From Candidatus Woesebacteria bacterium (GTDB taxonomy: Bacteria; Patescibacteriota; Microgenomatia; UBA8517), in NCBI GenBank assembly GCA_003484955.1, contig DMZH01000001.1, positions 215,848 through 279,847 of the forward strand: a stretch of DNA of 64,000 nucleotides, in the 5' to 3' direction. The notes under the pieces are model-generated. The model was not told the DNA's origin. It searched no databases and saw nothing but the letters and a program-made list of their open reading frames with translations. Shown here one piece after another: positions 8,179-17,447 of this stretch; position 1 is the stretch's first letter; every line of letters starts with the position of its first letter. Both the position numbers and the translations under genes were made by a program.

Positions 8179-9083
8179 CACCTTACGTCTCCACCACAAT
8201 GTTGACAGTTGCTGATGAGTTGTCCAAAAGGTCTTATATTTGATCTTCCGCATTTGGGGCAGGTAAAACTAAGAGAACCATATTTATCCTCAAGTCCGGT
8301 TAAGTTCAAAGTTAAAGACTGGCTTTCAAGAGACGAAACAGATGATGATCCGCTGCAACTGACGGCAAATTTACCGACAAGCCCCTTTTCCTGCATTTCA
8401 TCAGCAATGGACTTGGCACTAGCTCCCGAATGAATCAGATCGACAAAATGGTGAATCAATTCATGGCTTGGGAGAGGGATATTATTTGCTTTAGTGCCTA
8501 TTAACTCTAAAAGATTCCCTAAATGAAAATCCCCATCAACTATGAAAAGTTTATTTCTTAATACTTCAGGGTCTTTAATTCCGGCAAAAACAGGGTTTAA
8601 CTTTGTTGCAACTTCCAAAGTGTGGTCTTTGGCTGTGTCAAAAAGCACGGTCACATTAAAAGTGGTTTTTTCTCCCAAAGGGGTTTCTTCTATTTGGTAC
8701 ATGGTGATTTTGTTGCATGGGTAGACAGAGTCGTATGACGGACTGATCCAGAGGGCTGTGCCCGACGGATTTTCCGATACCCAGGATGTTAACGTATTAA
8801 GAAGTTCTGCATCTTTTTGGCCAAGATAGGAGGACGTGTTGATTTCAATCCGCGTACTGGTTTGAAAATCAAGTAACTCTCCATTTTTATATCTGAATTT
8901 ATATTCGTCAGGCTTTCTGTGTGTTTCGTTAAATGTACTTATTATCTCTTCCCTTAAACGGTCTGGTTTGGTATATCTCCAAGAGGGGATAAACTTTTCG
9001 ATTGTTTTTGTTGGAGACTCTATGTGTGACATATTCCTGCTCGGGACTAAAAGATTGGGCTCTGGATGTAACAGTAGCGGCAC
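8175..9083 (-). CDS. Hypothetical protein with an HExxH motif and a C-terminal CxxC...CxxC zinc ribbon
   Basis: 302 aa; SHELIHHFVDLIHSG (HExxH) and C-terminal CPKCGRSNIRPFGQLISNCQHCGG. The true start may be the internal Met (MSHIESP). Confidence 0.55.
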   Translation of the reverse strand: MPLLLHPEPNLLVPSRNMSHIESPTKTIEKFIPSWRYTKPDRLREEIISTFNETHRKPDEYKFRYKNGELLDFQTSTRIEINTSSYLGQKDAELLNTLTSWVSENPSGTALWISPSYDSVYPCNKITMYQIEETPLGEKTTFNVTVLFDTAKDHTLEVATKLNPVFAGIKDPEVLRNKLFIVDGDFHLGNLLELIGTKANNIPLPSHELIHHFVDLIHSGASAKSIADEMQEKGLVGKFAVSCSGSSSVSSLESQSLTLNLTGLEDKYGSLSFTCPKCGRSNIRPFGQLISNCQHCGGDVRC

Positions 9084-9183
9084 TTCTACGGAATTGCACC
9101 GTAATTCACCAATTGGTTTAATGTACTTTTAACACGCCTTTCGGTCAAGTGGTATATTTATATTAGTAAGGGGGTGATGGTGC

Positions 9184-9357
9184 GTGTTAGGTAAAAGAAA
9201 TAAAGAATTAACTTCTAAAATACTAATGTTTGGGGCGGTTGCCTCAGTTCTTTTTTCGATCGCCGGTTGGATGGGTACCGATATTTGGCTAGCCTCAACC
9301 CAGTGGCTATTGGTAGCAGCAGTTTTGGCCCTTTTTAGCATTTATTTAAAGCAATAA
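9184..9357 (+). CDS. Possible small membrane protein (43-57 aa), not in the ORF track
   Basis: GTG at 9184, or ATG at 9226 (MFGAVASVLFSIAGWMGTDIWLASTQWLLVAAVLALFSIYLKQ). One or two hydrophobic helices. Upstream purine-rich gggggtg. Confidence 0.25.
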   Translation: MLGKRNKELTSKILMFGAVASVLFSIAGWMGTDIWLASTQWLLVAAVLALFSIYLKQ

Positions 9358-9453
9358 TGACTTGACTGCGGAGAAAGCGCGTTAATTTTGCGGAAATTAC
9401 TGCCACGCCCCAGGCTTGACAATGGCCTGACTTAGTGTTAACTTTCGCTCAAG

Positions 9454-9897
9454 GTGAATATAAAGAGGGTGGTTATAGTATTTATTATCTTGGTAATAAT
9501 CATTGCGGGAGCACTTCTTGTTTCTCAAAAGATTAAAAATAATAGGACTTCTATCAGTTTTCCCGAGGCAACCCCAACAGTTGAGCAGCAAATTGAGGAG
9601 AAATTCAAGGGATTGATAATACCGGATGATGCAGAAAAAGTAGAGCTCAAAAATGTATCAGGAGAGGAAGGAATGGGTATGGCCACAAGGAATGAAATTT
9701 TGGCGGATCTTCCCGATTTACAAAAAGGCGAAAACTATCAGGTTCTACTGGGGAATGGAACAAAAACAGTTCTTTTAGGAAGCATGAGGCAGGCAAAAGG
9801 AGGCTATCTTTTGGAATATGATTCTTCAAAATACCCTGGGTACAACCAAATTGTTGTAGTAAGAGGCGTCAAGCATATATTGGAAGGCTCGTTTTAA
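9454..9897 (+). CDS. Membrane-anchored hypothetical protein
   Basis: 147 aa; N-terminal TM helix (VVIVFIILVIIIAGALLV) followed by a soluble domain. GTG start. Confidence 0.5.
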   Translation: MNIKRVVIVFIILVIIIAGALLVSQKIKNNRTSISFPEATPTVEQQIEEKFKGLIIPDDAEKVELKNVSGEEGMGMATRNEILADLPDLQKGENYQVLLGNGTKTVLLGSMRQAKGGYLLEYDSSKYPGYNQIVVVRGVKHILEGSF

Positions 9898-9939
9898 TAA
9901 TATAGACGGAAACAATCCGGTAGGTTAATATGAATAAGG

Positions 9940-10194
9940 ATGCAGATCACAATTTACTCCACAGCAACTTGCCCCTATTGCAAAATACTGAAAGATTATC
10001 TGAAGGAAAAAGGGGTGTCTTTTGTCGAAAAAAATATAGATTCGGATGAGAAGGCAAAAGAAGAGATGTCAAACCTTTCTGGAGGATTTTTTGGGGTACC
10101 TTTTACTCTAATATCGTTTAATGACGGAAGAAAAGAAACGGTAATAGGCTTTGATAAAGGTAAAATTAATTCTATTTTGAATCTACAAGGATGA
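9940..10194 (+). CDS. Glutaredoxin-like protein (NrdH/Grx family)
   Basis: 84 aa; CPYC active site at the N-terminus of a thioredoxin fold (IYSTATCPYCKILKDYL). Confidence 0.7.
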   Translation: MQITIYSTATCPYCKILKDYLKEKGVSFVEKNIDSDEKAKEEMSNLSGGFFGVPFTLISFNDGRKETVIGFDKGKINSILNLQG

Positions 10195-10850
10195 TTTTCG
10201 TAAATTACAAAACTTTTGAAGAAGGCTCCGGTGAAAAAGCAGTTGCTCTGACCAGAAAAATTGAGGAGGCAGCCCATGAATCGCAAGTAAAGATAATTCC
10301 GGTAGTTCAGATAATTGATGCCGAGGTAGTTTTGGCTTCTACTACTCTTGAGGTTTGGATACAGCATGTGGATCCTCTTAATTACGGTCCGCATACTGGT
10401 TGGACTCTACCTGAAGAGGTAGCAAGGATCGGTATTTCGGGAGTATTTCTGAATCATTCCGAGCACAAATTTAACGATTTTGAGGCTCTCCGCACGGCAA
10501 ACGAAAAAGCAAAAGAGGCAAATCTCAAAACACTAATTTTTGCAGGCAGTCTTGAGGAACTGAAAAATATTGCGGCACTTAAACCAACCCTTGTTGCTTA
10601 TGAACCGCCGGAGCTGGTGGGTTCAACCGAAACATCAGTTGCCAGGGCGCAGCCGGAAATTATTTCTCAGGCGTATAATATTACTCAAAGCTCTGGTGAG
10701 CCTTTGATAGTGGGTGCAGGGGTAAGCTCGATGGAGGATATTAAAAAGAGTTTGGAGCTTGGAGCGGTGGGTGTTGCTATTGCAACGGCGGTAGTTAAGG
10801 CCCCCGATCCCAAAGCAAAATTGTTAGAATTAACGGAGGGTTTTAAATGA
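10191..10850 (+). CDS. tpiA: Triosephosphate isomerase, short archaeal-type
   Basis: 219 aa; NYKTFEEGSG, LNHSEHKF, AYEPPELVGS, GAGVSS fit the short (about 220 aa) archaeal-type TIM rather than the about 250-aa bacterial form. Confidence 0.7.
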   Translation: MIFVNYKTFEEGSGEKAVALTRKIEEAAHESQVKIIPVVQIIDAEVVLASTTLEVWIQHVDPLNYGPHTGWTLPEEVARIGISGVFLNHSEHKFNDFEALRTANEKAKEANLKTLIFAGSLEELKNIAALKPTLVAYEPPELVGSTETSVARAQPEIISQAYNITQSSGEPLIVGAGVSSMEDIKKSLELGAVGVAIATAVVKAPDPKAKLLELTEGFK

Positions 10851-11296
10851 AAATTTTTATCGGGGCTGATCACAGGGGGTATGAGTTGAAAGAAAAAATT
10901 GCCAAATGGCTTTTTGATATGGAGTACCCCTATCAGGATCTTGGGGCAACTCATTTTGATCCACACGACGACTATACAAAATACGCGGAGGATGTCGCAT
11001 CGCTTGTTGCCAAAACGGGAGGAGCGCGCGGAGTTCTTCTTTGCGGGAGTGGGGTCGGGGTTGACGTTGTTGCAAATAAATTCGACGGAGTAAGGGCGTC
11101 AATTGGAAAATCAGTTTTTCAGGTTGAAGCGGGAAGAAATGACGACGATATGAATATACTAGTCATCGCCGCCGACTTTACCGATGAAAGAGATACAAAG
11201 GCAATGCTTATCGCTTTTCTGGAAACAAAATTTTCCGGTAAGGCAAGATACGAGCGGAGACTTCAGGAAATTACGGAAATAGAAGCAAATAATTAA
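10847..11296 (+). CDS. rpiB: Ribose-5-phosphate isomerase B (RpiB/LacAB family)
   Basis: 149 aa; MKIFIGADHRGYELK...GVLLCGSGVGVDVVANKFDGVRAS matches RpiB. Confidence 0.8.
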   Translation: MKIFIGADHRGYELKEKIAKWLFDMEYPYQDLGATHFDPHDDYTKYAEDVASLVAKTGGARGVLLCGSGVGVDVVANKFDGVRASIGKSVFQVEAGRNDDDMNILVIAADFTDERDTKAMLIAFLETKFSGKARYERRLQEITEIEANN

Positions 11297-11297
11297 G

Positions 11298-12257
11298 ATG
11301 AACCTGCCCAAACTTACCGATATTGATGTTTCCGGAAAAAGAGTCATCGTTAGGGCCGATTTGGATATTGTCGGATCTGAGAATTATAGGCTTGACGCAA
11401 TTACACCTACTTTAGACTTCCTTTTCAACAAGGCCTCAAAAATAACGGTTATCGGACACAAGGGGAGGCCCGGAGGGGTATACGACGAGGGTTTAAGCAC
11501 AAAAGGACTACAGCCATTTTTCGATAAATGGAGAGCAAAAGTTGAAGAAAATTTAAGATTTGATCCCGGAGAAGAGGCTAATGACCCTGAATTTGCTAAA
11601 AAGTTGGCAAGTTTGGGTGATGTCTATATTAATGAAGCATTTGCGTCGTCTCATCGGGATTCGGCCTCAATCACTTCGCTTCCAAAGCTATTGCCCCACG
11701 CAGCAGGGATAAGATTTGCTCAAGAAGTAGAGAATCTGAATAAAGTTTTGGAAGACCCCAAAAGGCCGGTTTTGTTTATTATCGGTGGGTCAAAAGATGA
11801 CAAGGTCGACTATATAAAAAGTTTGGAACCCTTTGCAGACAAAATATTAGTTGGTGGGAGACTCCCCGAGTATTACGGGGATAGGGCTCTTGAAAGCGTA
11901 AGGGAACAAAAAGAAGGAGATAAATTAGTTATCGCAAATCTGGTGCAGGATAAAGAAGATATCACTCTGAACTCGATTGAGAGGTTTGAGAAAGAAATAG
12001 GAAAAGCGAAAACAATAGTTCTTGCCGGTCCAATGGGAAAATATGAGGTAGAGGGACACATGCAGGGAACTGAAAGGGTTTTTAGGGCTGTCGCAAACTC
12101 CAATGCATATAAGGTAACCGGGGGAGGAGACAGTCTCGTGGTTATTGACAAACTTAGTCTTGTCCAAAAATTTGACTGGGTATCGGTTGGCGGAGGGGCA
12201 ATGCTTGAGTTCCTGTCCAAAAAGACACTTCCAGGTATTGAAGCTTTGAAACAGTGA
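11298..12257 (+). CDS. pgk: Phosphoglycerate kinase (short form)
   Basis: 319 aa; VIVRADLDIV...ITVIGHKGRPGG, NEAFASSHR, GGSKDDKV and GGGDS...VGGGAMLEFL are PGK motifs. It is shorter than the usual about 395 aa. Confidence 0.75.
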   Translation: MNLPKLTDIDVSGKRVIVRADLDIVGSENYRLDAITPTLDFLFNKASKITVIGHKGRPGGVYDEGLSTKGLQPFFDKWRAKVEENLRFDPGEEANDPEFAKKLASLGDVYINEAFASSHRDSASITSLPKLLPHAAGIRFAQEVENLNKVLEDPKRPVLFIIGGSKDDKVDYIKSLEPFADKILVGGRLPEYYGDRALESVREQKEGDKLVIANLVQDKEDITLNSIERFEKEIGKAKTIVLAGPMGKYEVEGHMQGTERVFRAVANSNAYKVTGGGDSLVVIDKLSLVQKFDWVSVGGGAMLEFLSKKTLPGIEALKQ

Positions 12258-12307
12258 TTTTTTAAATGTGCTAATGTTAATAGAGGGATGAAGGGAGGTG
12301 AGAATAA

Positions 12308-12505
12308 ATGAAACTGAAGACAATTTCTAAATGGTTGGTGGTGATTGGAGCAATAGAGTTAGGTCTAATGAGTGTTTTAAAATTTGATTTGATTGGAAGC
12401 CTAATCGGAGGGTGGCCGGTGGTCGTGATGATCTTTTATGCGCTGGTTGGGATTTCCGGTTTTTGGGGAGCTTATGCCATGCTTACCAAGAAAAAGAAGA
12501 AATAA
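12308..12505 (+). CDS. DUF378-like small membrane protein
   Basis: 65 aa; two hydrophobic segments (WLVVIGAIELGLMSVLKFDLIGSLIGGWPVVVMIFYALVGISG) and a Lys tail. Confidence 0.55.
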   Translation: MKLKTISKWLVVIGAIELGLMSVLKFDLIGSLIGGWPVVVMIFYALVGISGFWGAYAMLTKKKKK

Positions 12506-12506
12506 C

Positions 12507-13193
12507 CTATTTCTTGTTATTTGCCAAGAGTGTTTTGACGACTCTGACGGGATATTCCAGAAAGAATGATTCCGGATGTTTCTTGAGTCTTCTTGCTGAG
12601 ATTCCCACGATCAGGGCGGGGTCGTATCCGATCCTGCCTCCGACTTTTGCAATTTTAAGTGATAAATCCATATCTTCATGAACTTTTTTGTCATCCATTT
12701 CCACAATATCTTTTACTTGCGTCCAGATTTTTTTGGTAATAACCATGTTGGGTCCGATCAAATATTTTTTACCTTTTGCTATCAATTTGAACGATTTCCA
12801 GGCTAAATCCGCGGGAAGGGTTGAAGTCGACTTAAGTATTTCCGAGTCGTTAAAAAAAACGGGTCCGGTAAGGGCGTCAATGTCTCCTTTTTCAAAATTA
12901 CTTTTAATCCTCTTGATCCAATCTTTTGGAACAACCGTATCCGCATCACATCTGGCAATAATTTCGTATTTGGCTGAATTAAAACCCCTATTCCTGGCCG
13001 GAGTCATACCTTGAACCTTTTCATTGACTATTCTTGCCCCAAACTTTCTGGCAAAAGTCTCCGTCTTGTCCGTCGAGTTATTATTTACAACAATGATTTC
13101 ATCCGCCGAAACCACCTGGTTGACGACACTTATAAGACATTTTTTTATATATTTCTCCTCGTTGTAGGCGGGAATTACTACAGAAACCCTCAT
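12507..13193 (-). CDS. Family 2 glycosyltransferase
   Basis: 228 aa; VSVVIPAYNEEKYIKKCLISV...IIVVNNNSTDKT...ARCDADT (DxD) is classic GT2. Confidence 0.8.
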   Translation of the reverse strand: MRVSVVIPAYNEEKYIKKCLISVVNQVVSADEIIVVNNNSTDKTETFARKFGARIVNEKVQGMTPARNRGFNSAKYEIIARCDADTVVPKDWIKRIKSNFEKGDIDALTGPVFFNDSEILKSTSTLPADLAWKSFKLIAKGKKYLIGPNMVITKKIWTQVKDIVEMDDKKVHEDMDLSLKIAKVGGRIGYDPALIVGISARRLKKHPESFFLEYPVRVVKTLLANNKK

Positions 13194-13285
13194 ATGTGTA
13201 TATTATGACACTCTCCTTGCCTAAAAGGCCAGGTTAATGGGGTTCGTGGTTTTCTTGAATGCTGATATAATAAAATATAACTGCC

Positions 13286-14389
13286 ATGATTAAAGTAGGT
13301 ATAAATGGTTTTGGAAGAATTGGAAGAATTGCCTTCAGGATTGGTGTTCTCAAACATCTTGACGAGATTGAATTTGCTGCAATTAATACTTCGGGTAGTA
13401 TGCCGGTAGAGAGTTGGGCGCATCTGACAAACTACGATACGATGTACCGACAGTTTGAACTGAAAGTTAAGGGTGAAGAGATAAAAACTCCTAGTGAAGC
13501 CACAGATGAGGATCCTTTAATTGGTAATTTAATGATACCGGAAAGAAATATTAAAGTTCCGGTTTTTGCCCAGAAAGATCCTGCCAAAATCCCATGGGGA
13601 AAATATGGGGTTGACGTCGTAATTGAATCTACGGGTGTTTTTACTAAAGAAGAGGATGCCAAAAAACACGCTGTAGGTGGAGCTAAAAAAGTCGTCATCT
13701 CAGCTCCCACAAAGGGGGAGAATGTTCCAACTTATATTATTGGTGTTAACGAAACTGATAATCTTCCACAAATACTTTCAAATTCGTCCTGTACCACCAA
13801 TTCTGTTGCTCCCATTGCTTCAATTATTCACTCAAAATTCGGAATTGAAAAAGCCCTATTAACAACGGTTCACAGTTACACTGACGATCAAAATTTGCAG
13901 GACGGTTCCCATAAAGACTTAAGACGTGCCAGAGCGGCAGCGCAAAACATAATTCCTACAAGCACCGGAGCTGCCATTTCTACAACAGAGACAATACCGG
14001 AACTTAGAGGTCTTTTTGACGGAGTGAGTTTAAGGGTTCCAACAACAACAGGATCTATAACGGATTTTACGGTACTTCTTAAGAAATACGTAACAGTAGA
14101 GGAGATAAATAATGTATTTAAAGAGGCAGTAAAAAACCCCTTGTATAAGGGAATAATAGCGGTAACTGAGGAACCTTTGGTATCAAGTGATATTATCGGA
14201 AGAAGCGAATCTGCAATAGTAGATCTTTCTTTAACGCAGGTGGTTGCGGGAAATCTTGTCAAAATCTTTGCATGGTATGACAACGAATGGGGTTATGCAA
14301 ACAGACTTGTCGAGCAGGTAATTCGTGTGGGCAGAACTTTAGAAGGCGGGGCAGCTCCTACTGATCCGATTTCCTTGTCATTCAAATAA
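13286..14389 (+). CDS. gap: Glyceraldehyde-3-phosphate dehydrogenase
   Basis: 367 aa; MIKVGINGFGRIGR... and the active-site segment SNSSCTTNSVAP. Confidence 0.85.
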   Translation: MIKVGINGFGRIGRIAFRIGVLKHLDEIEFAAINTSGSMPVESWAHLTNYDTMYRQFELKVKGEEIKTPSEATDEDPLIGNLMIPERNIKVPVFAQKDPAKIPWGKYGVDVVIESTGVFTKEEDAKKHAVGGAKKVVISAPTKGENVPTYIIGVNETDNLPQILSNSSCTTNSVAPIASIIHSKFGIEKALLTTVHSYTDDQNLQDGSHKDLRRARAAAQNIIPTSTGAAISTTETIPELRGLFDGVSLRVPTTTGSITDFTVLLKKYVTVEEINNVFKEAVKNPLYKGIIAVTEEPLVSSDIIGRSESAIVDLSLTQVVAGNLVKIFAWYDNEWGYANRLVEQVIRVGRTLEGGAAPTDPISLSFK

Positions 14390-14392
14390 CAA

Positions 14393-15034
14393 ATGGAGGA
14401 ATTAAAAAAATATTCCGGGAAAAAATTTATTAAAAATATTGCATTTTTTGGAGATGCAAATATCTCCGAAACAGATGAGGCATATGTGGAGGCTTTTGAA
14501 GTTGCCGAGGCTTTGGCCAAGAGGGGTTATGTAATAATCGACGGTGGTGGACCGGGTGTAATGGAGGCAGCCACGAGCGGTGCCAGAAAAGGGGGCGGAA
14601 AAACGGTTGCCATCACTTTTGATCCGGTCGGGGCGGTCGGGTATGAAGGGCGTTACATTAAAAATGTTACCGACACGGAAGTTGTAACTACAAATTATAT
14701 CGATCGCATGTTTAAACTTCTGGAGTATGGCGATGTTTTTGTTATTTTTAAGGGTGGAAGTGGGACGGTTTCTGAATTTGGCACCGCCTGGGTTTTGGCC
14801 AAACTTTATTTTGGACACCACAAACCGATTATTCTTTACGGCCGTTTTTGGGCTGAAATTTTGGATGTTTTCAGAAAAAACATGAACATCGACAGCACCG
14901 AGATGAGTGTTTTCGAAATCTGTTCTACAAAAGATGAGGTTTTAAGCGCCATTGACAGATTCGAAAACAAAATTTCCCAAAGGGATCATTCGGAAGACGG
15001 CGATGGTTCAATGGATAGTGCTTTTAAAGTATAA
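14393..15034 (+). CDS. LOG family protein (cytokinin riboside 5'-monophosphate phosphoribohydrolase-like / TIGR00730)
   Basis: 213 aa; GGGPGVMEAATSGARKGGGKTVAI and GGSGTVSEF motifs. Confidence 0.7.
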   Translation: MEELKKYSGKKFIKNIAFFGDANISETDEAYVEAFEVAEALAKRGYVIIDGGGPGVMEAATSGARKGGGKTVAITFDPVGAVGYEGRYIKNVTDTEVVTTNYIDRMFKLLEYGDVFVIFKGGSGTVSEFGTAWVLAKLYFGHHKPIILYGRFWAEILDVFRKNMNIDSTEMSVFEICSTKDEVLSAIDRFENKISQRDHSEDGDGSMDSAFKV

Positions 15035-15049
15035 AGCTCCTGAATTCTT

Positions 15050-15826
15050 ATGGAAATTGATATAAACAATTTGGAAAGTATCTCCGGACGAGTGAGAAGA
15101 AATATTCTTGAAATGGTTTACAAAGCCGGATCGGGACACCCCGGAGGATCGCTTTCCGCAGTTGAAATTATGGTGGCTCTTTATTTCGGAATCTTAGAAG
15201 ATCGGGATCGTTTTTTCTTGTCGAACGGACATATCTGCCCGGCACTTTACTCTGTTATGGCAGAAAAGGGTTTGATTGATAAAAATTTATTGGCAAGTTA
15301 TACCGAGCTTGGATCTTCTCTTCAAGGGCATCCCGAAAAGACAAAACTGAAAGGTATAGAAAATACATCGGGACCGCTGGGACTTGGTCTTGCCCAGGCA
15401 GCCGGATTTGCGGCTATAAAGAAAGGTTCGTATATTTATTGCATGACCAGCGATGGGGAACACGATGAAGGAAATCATTGGGAAGCGGTAAATTTTGCCG
15501 CCAAGTATAAACTATCAAACCTGATTCAGATTGTTGATAAAAATGGAATTCAGATTGAGGGAACTGTCGAGGAAATAATGCCCCTAGGCAGCCTCAAGGA
15601 AAAGTATTTAGCTTCCGACTGGAATGTTTTTGAAATCGACGGACACAATTTTGATGAGATTTTTGATTCGACTAGTAAAGCCAGGGATAAAAAAGGCAAA
15701 CCAAGTGTAATTCTTGCAAACACGGTTTTTGGCAAAGGCATTTCTTTTATGGAGAGTAATCCCGATTGGCACGCAAAAGCACCAAATGGGGATGAGTTTA
15801 GGAAAGCAATGGAGGAACTAAAATGA
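15050..15826 (+). CDS. Transketolase, N-terminal (TPP-binding) subunit
   Basis: 258 aa; GSGHPGGSLSAVEIMVALYF and GPLGLGLAQAAG. Split transketolase arrangement. Confidence 0.85.
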   Translation: MEIDINNLESISGRVRRNILEMVYKAGSGHPGGSLSAVEIMVALYFGILEDRDRFFLSNGHICPALYSVMAEKGLIDKNLLASYTELGSSLQGHPEKTKLKGIENTSGPLGLGLAQAAGFAAIKKGSYIYCMTSDGEHDEGNHWEAVNFAAKYKLSNLIQIVDKNGIQIEGTVEEIMPLGSLKEKYLASDWNVFEIDGHNFDEIFDSTSKARDKKGKPSVILANTVFGKGISFMESNPDWHAKAPNGDEFRKAMEELK

Positions 15827-16770
15827 TGAAATCAATGCGTGGCGGATTCGGGGAGATGCTGGTTGAATTGGGCAAGAAAAACCCCGATATTGTTGTTCTG
15901 ACGGCTGACCTGGCCGATTCAACAAGAGTAAAAGAGTTTGCGGAAGCTTTTCCCAACAGATTTTTCCAGGTTGGGGTAGCCGAACAGGCTCTTGTAACCG
16001 TTGCTGCCGGTATGGCTGGAGCGGGTAAAATTCCATTTATTACAAGTTATGCCGTTTTTTCCCCCGGAAGAACATTTGAACAGATAAAAGTAACGGCTGC
16101 ACTTAGTGATTTGCCTGTCAAAATAGTTGGATCACATGCCGGATTTGGCGCTTCAATGTATGGGGCAACACACCAGAGTTTGGAAGACATAGCTCTCATG
16201 CGGGTAATTCCTAATATGGTTGTTGTTTCCCCTTGTGACTATGAAGAAGCCAAGAAAGCCACTTTTGCTGTTGCCGAAAACGGAAAACCATCCTATTTAA
16301 GACTGGCCAGACAGGACTCACCAATTATTACGGATGAAAATTCAAAATTTGAAATAGGAAAAGCCGTTATTCTAAGGGAAAGCAAGGATCCACAAGTAGC
16401 AATAATCGGCTGCGGCCCTGTTCTTGCAGAAGCCCTGGCAGCTGCCGATCAATTAAAAGATATTGGTATAGAAGTGATGGTTATAAATAACCATACAATT
16501 AAACCCATTGATGACATTGCAATTACAAATGCTGCAAGAATTTGTGGAGCTATTGTAACCGTTGAAGAACATCAGGTAATGGGTGGATTGGGGAGTACTG
16601 TTGCCGAAGTAGTTACTCAAGGTCATATTGTTCCCATGGAGTTTGTAGGAGTTAAAGATGTTTTTGGTGAATCGGCAAAAAACTATCAGGAACTCTGGAA
16701 AAAGTTTGGGTTAACTAAAGAAAATATCACTGAAGCCGTTAAGAAAGTAATTACTCGCAAAAACTCTTAA
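15823..16770 (+). CDS. Transketolase, C-terminal (pyrimidine-binding/C-terminal) subunit
   Basis: 315 aa; FQVGVAEQALVTVAAGMAGAG...IVGSHAGFG. Start overlaps the stop of the N-terminal subunit (ATGATGA). Confidence 0.85.
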   Translation: MMKSMRGGFGEMLVELGKKNPDIVVLTADLADSTRVKEFAEAFPNRFFQVGVAEQALVTVAAGMAGAGKIPFITSYAVFSPGRTFEQIKVTAALSDLPVKIVGSHAGFGASMYGATHQSLEDIALMRVIPNMVVVSPCDYEEAKKATFAVAENGKPSYLRLARQDSPIITDENSKFEIGKAVILRESKDPQVAIIGCGPVLAEALAAADQLKDIGIEVMVINNHTIKPIDDIAITNAARICGAIVTVEEHQVMGGLGSTVAEVVTQGHIVPMEFVGVKDVFGESAKNYQELWKKFGLTKENITEAVKKVITRKNS

Positions 16771-17429
16771 TCTGTGAATTTAAAAGTGGAGAGGATTTTG
16801 TAGAATTTAGAACCATCCCCATTATATTCATCCTCAGGATAAGTAGCAGTAGTTAAAACAGCAATAATCTTGCTTTCTTTGGCTATGTAATAATGAGAAA
16901 AACTGCCGCCACCTTCGTCAAACTCCTCGGCCAGATAGGTGTTATAACCACTAATTTTTAGTGAACTCTCATTTTTATTATCTAAATCTTGAATATCTTT
17001 ATAAAACGGGTTTGCAAAGTCAATTTCGATACTTGGAGTTGTTTCGTTATTAAGAATTGTTATTAAATCTTTATTAAAATTTATTCCATTAACCGTGGCT
17101 TTACCGGTATCCTCTGTTAATTCCCAGTTATTAGGATATTGAATTTGAAAATGGTGTTTGCTGTTGTTGTATGTTTCCCAATTTACAGTTGGGTCAGAAG
17201 TGGCTGAAACAGTTGGGGATGAGGTTGGTGGCGCGGCAATTTGTTTTTTAAGTTGGTAGTTTTGATAGAACAAGAATGTGGAAGTTCCAAGAAGCAAAAT
17301 TATTAGGATACTCATCAAAATAACTAGTTTTGCGGAATTCAACTTGACTGGTGCAATATTTTCAGAACTGTTGTTTGCCGGAGGAAAATTACTGCTTGAT
17401 ATGGGTGTCTGGACGGGATTTTGATCCAT
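16767..17429 (-). CDS. Membrane-anchored hypothetical protein (paralogous in architecture to the next gene)
   Basis: 220 aa; cytoplasmic N-terminus, one TM helix, Pro/Thr/Ser linker, C-terminal globular domain. Confidence 0.5.
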   Translation of the reverse strand: MDQNPVQTPISSSNFPPANNSSENIAPVKLNSAKLVILMSILIILLLGTSTFLFYQNYQLKKQIAAPPTSSPTVSATSDPTVNWETYNNSKHHFQIQYPNNWELTEDTGKATVNGINFNKDLITILNNETTPSIEIDFANPFYKDIQDLDNKNESSLKISGYNTYLAEEFDEGGGSFSHYYIAKESKIIAVLTTATYPEDEYNGDGSKFYKILSTFKFTD

Positions 17430-17447
17430 ACATTAAATATACATCAT

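Noticed and set aside
11873-12323. Antisense ORFs within pgk
   Set aside because: They overlap a CDS with multiple PGK motifs. No independent support.
12412-13014. Plus-strand ORFs overlapping the GT2 gene
   Set aside because: Antisense to a GT2 CDS with clear DxD and N-terminal motifs.
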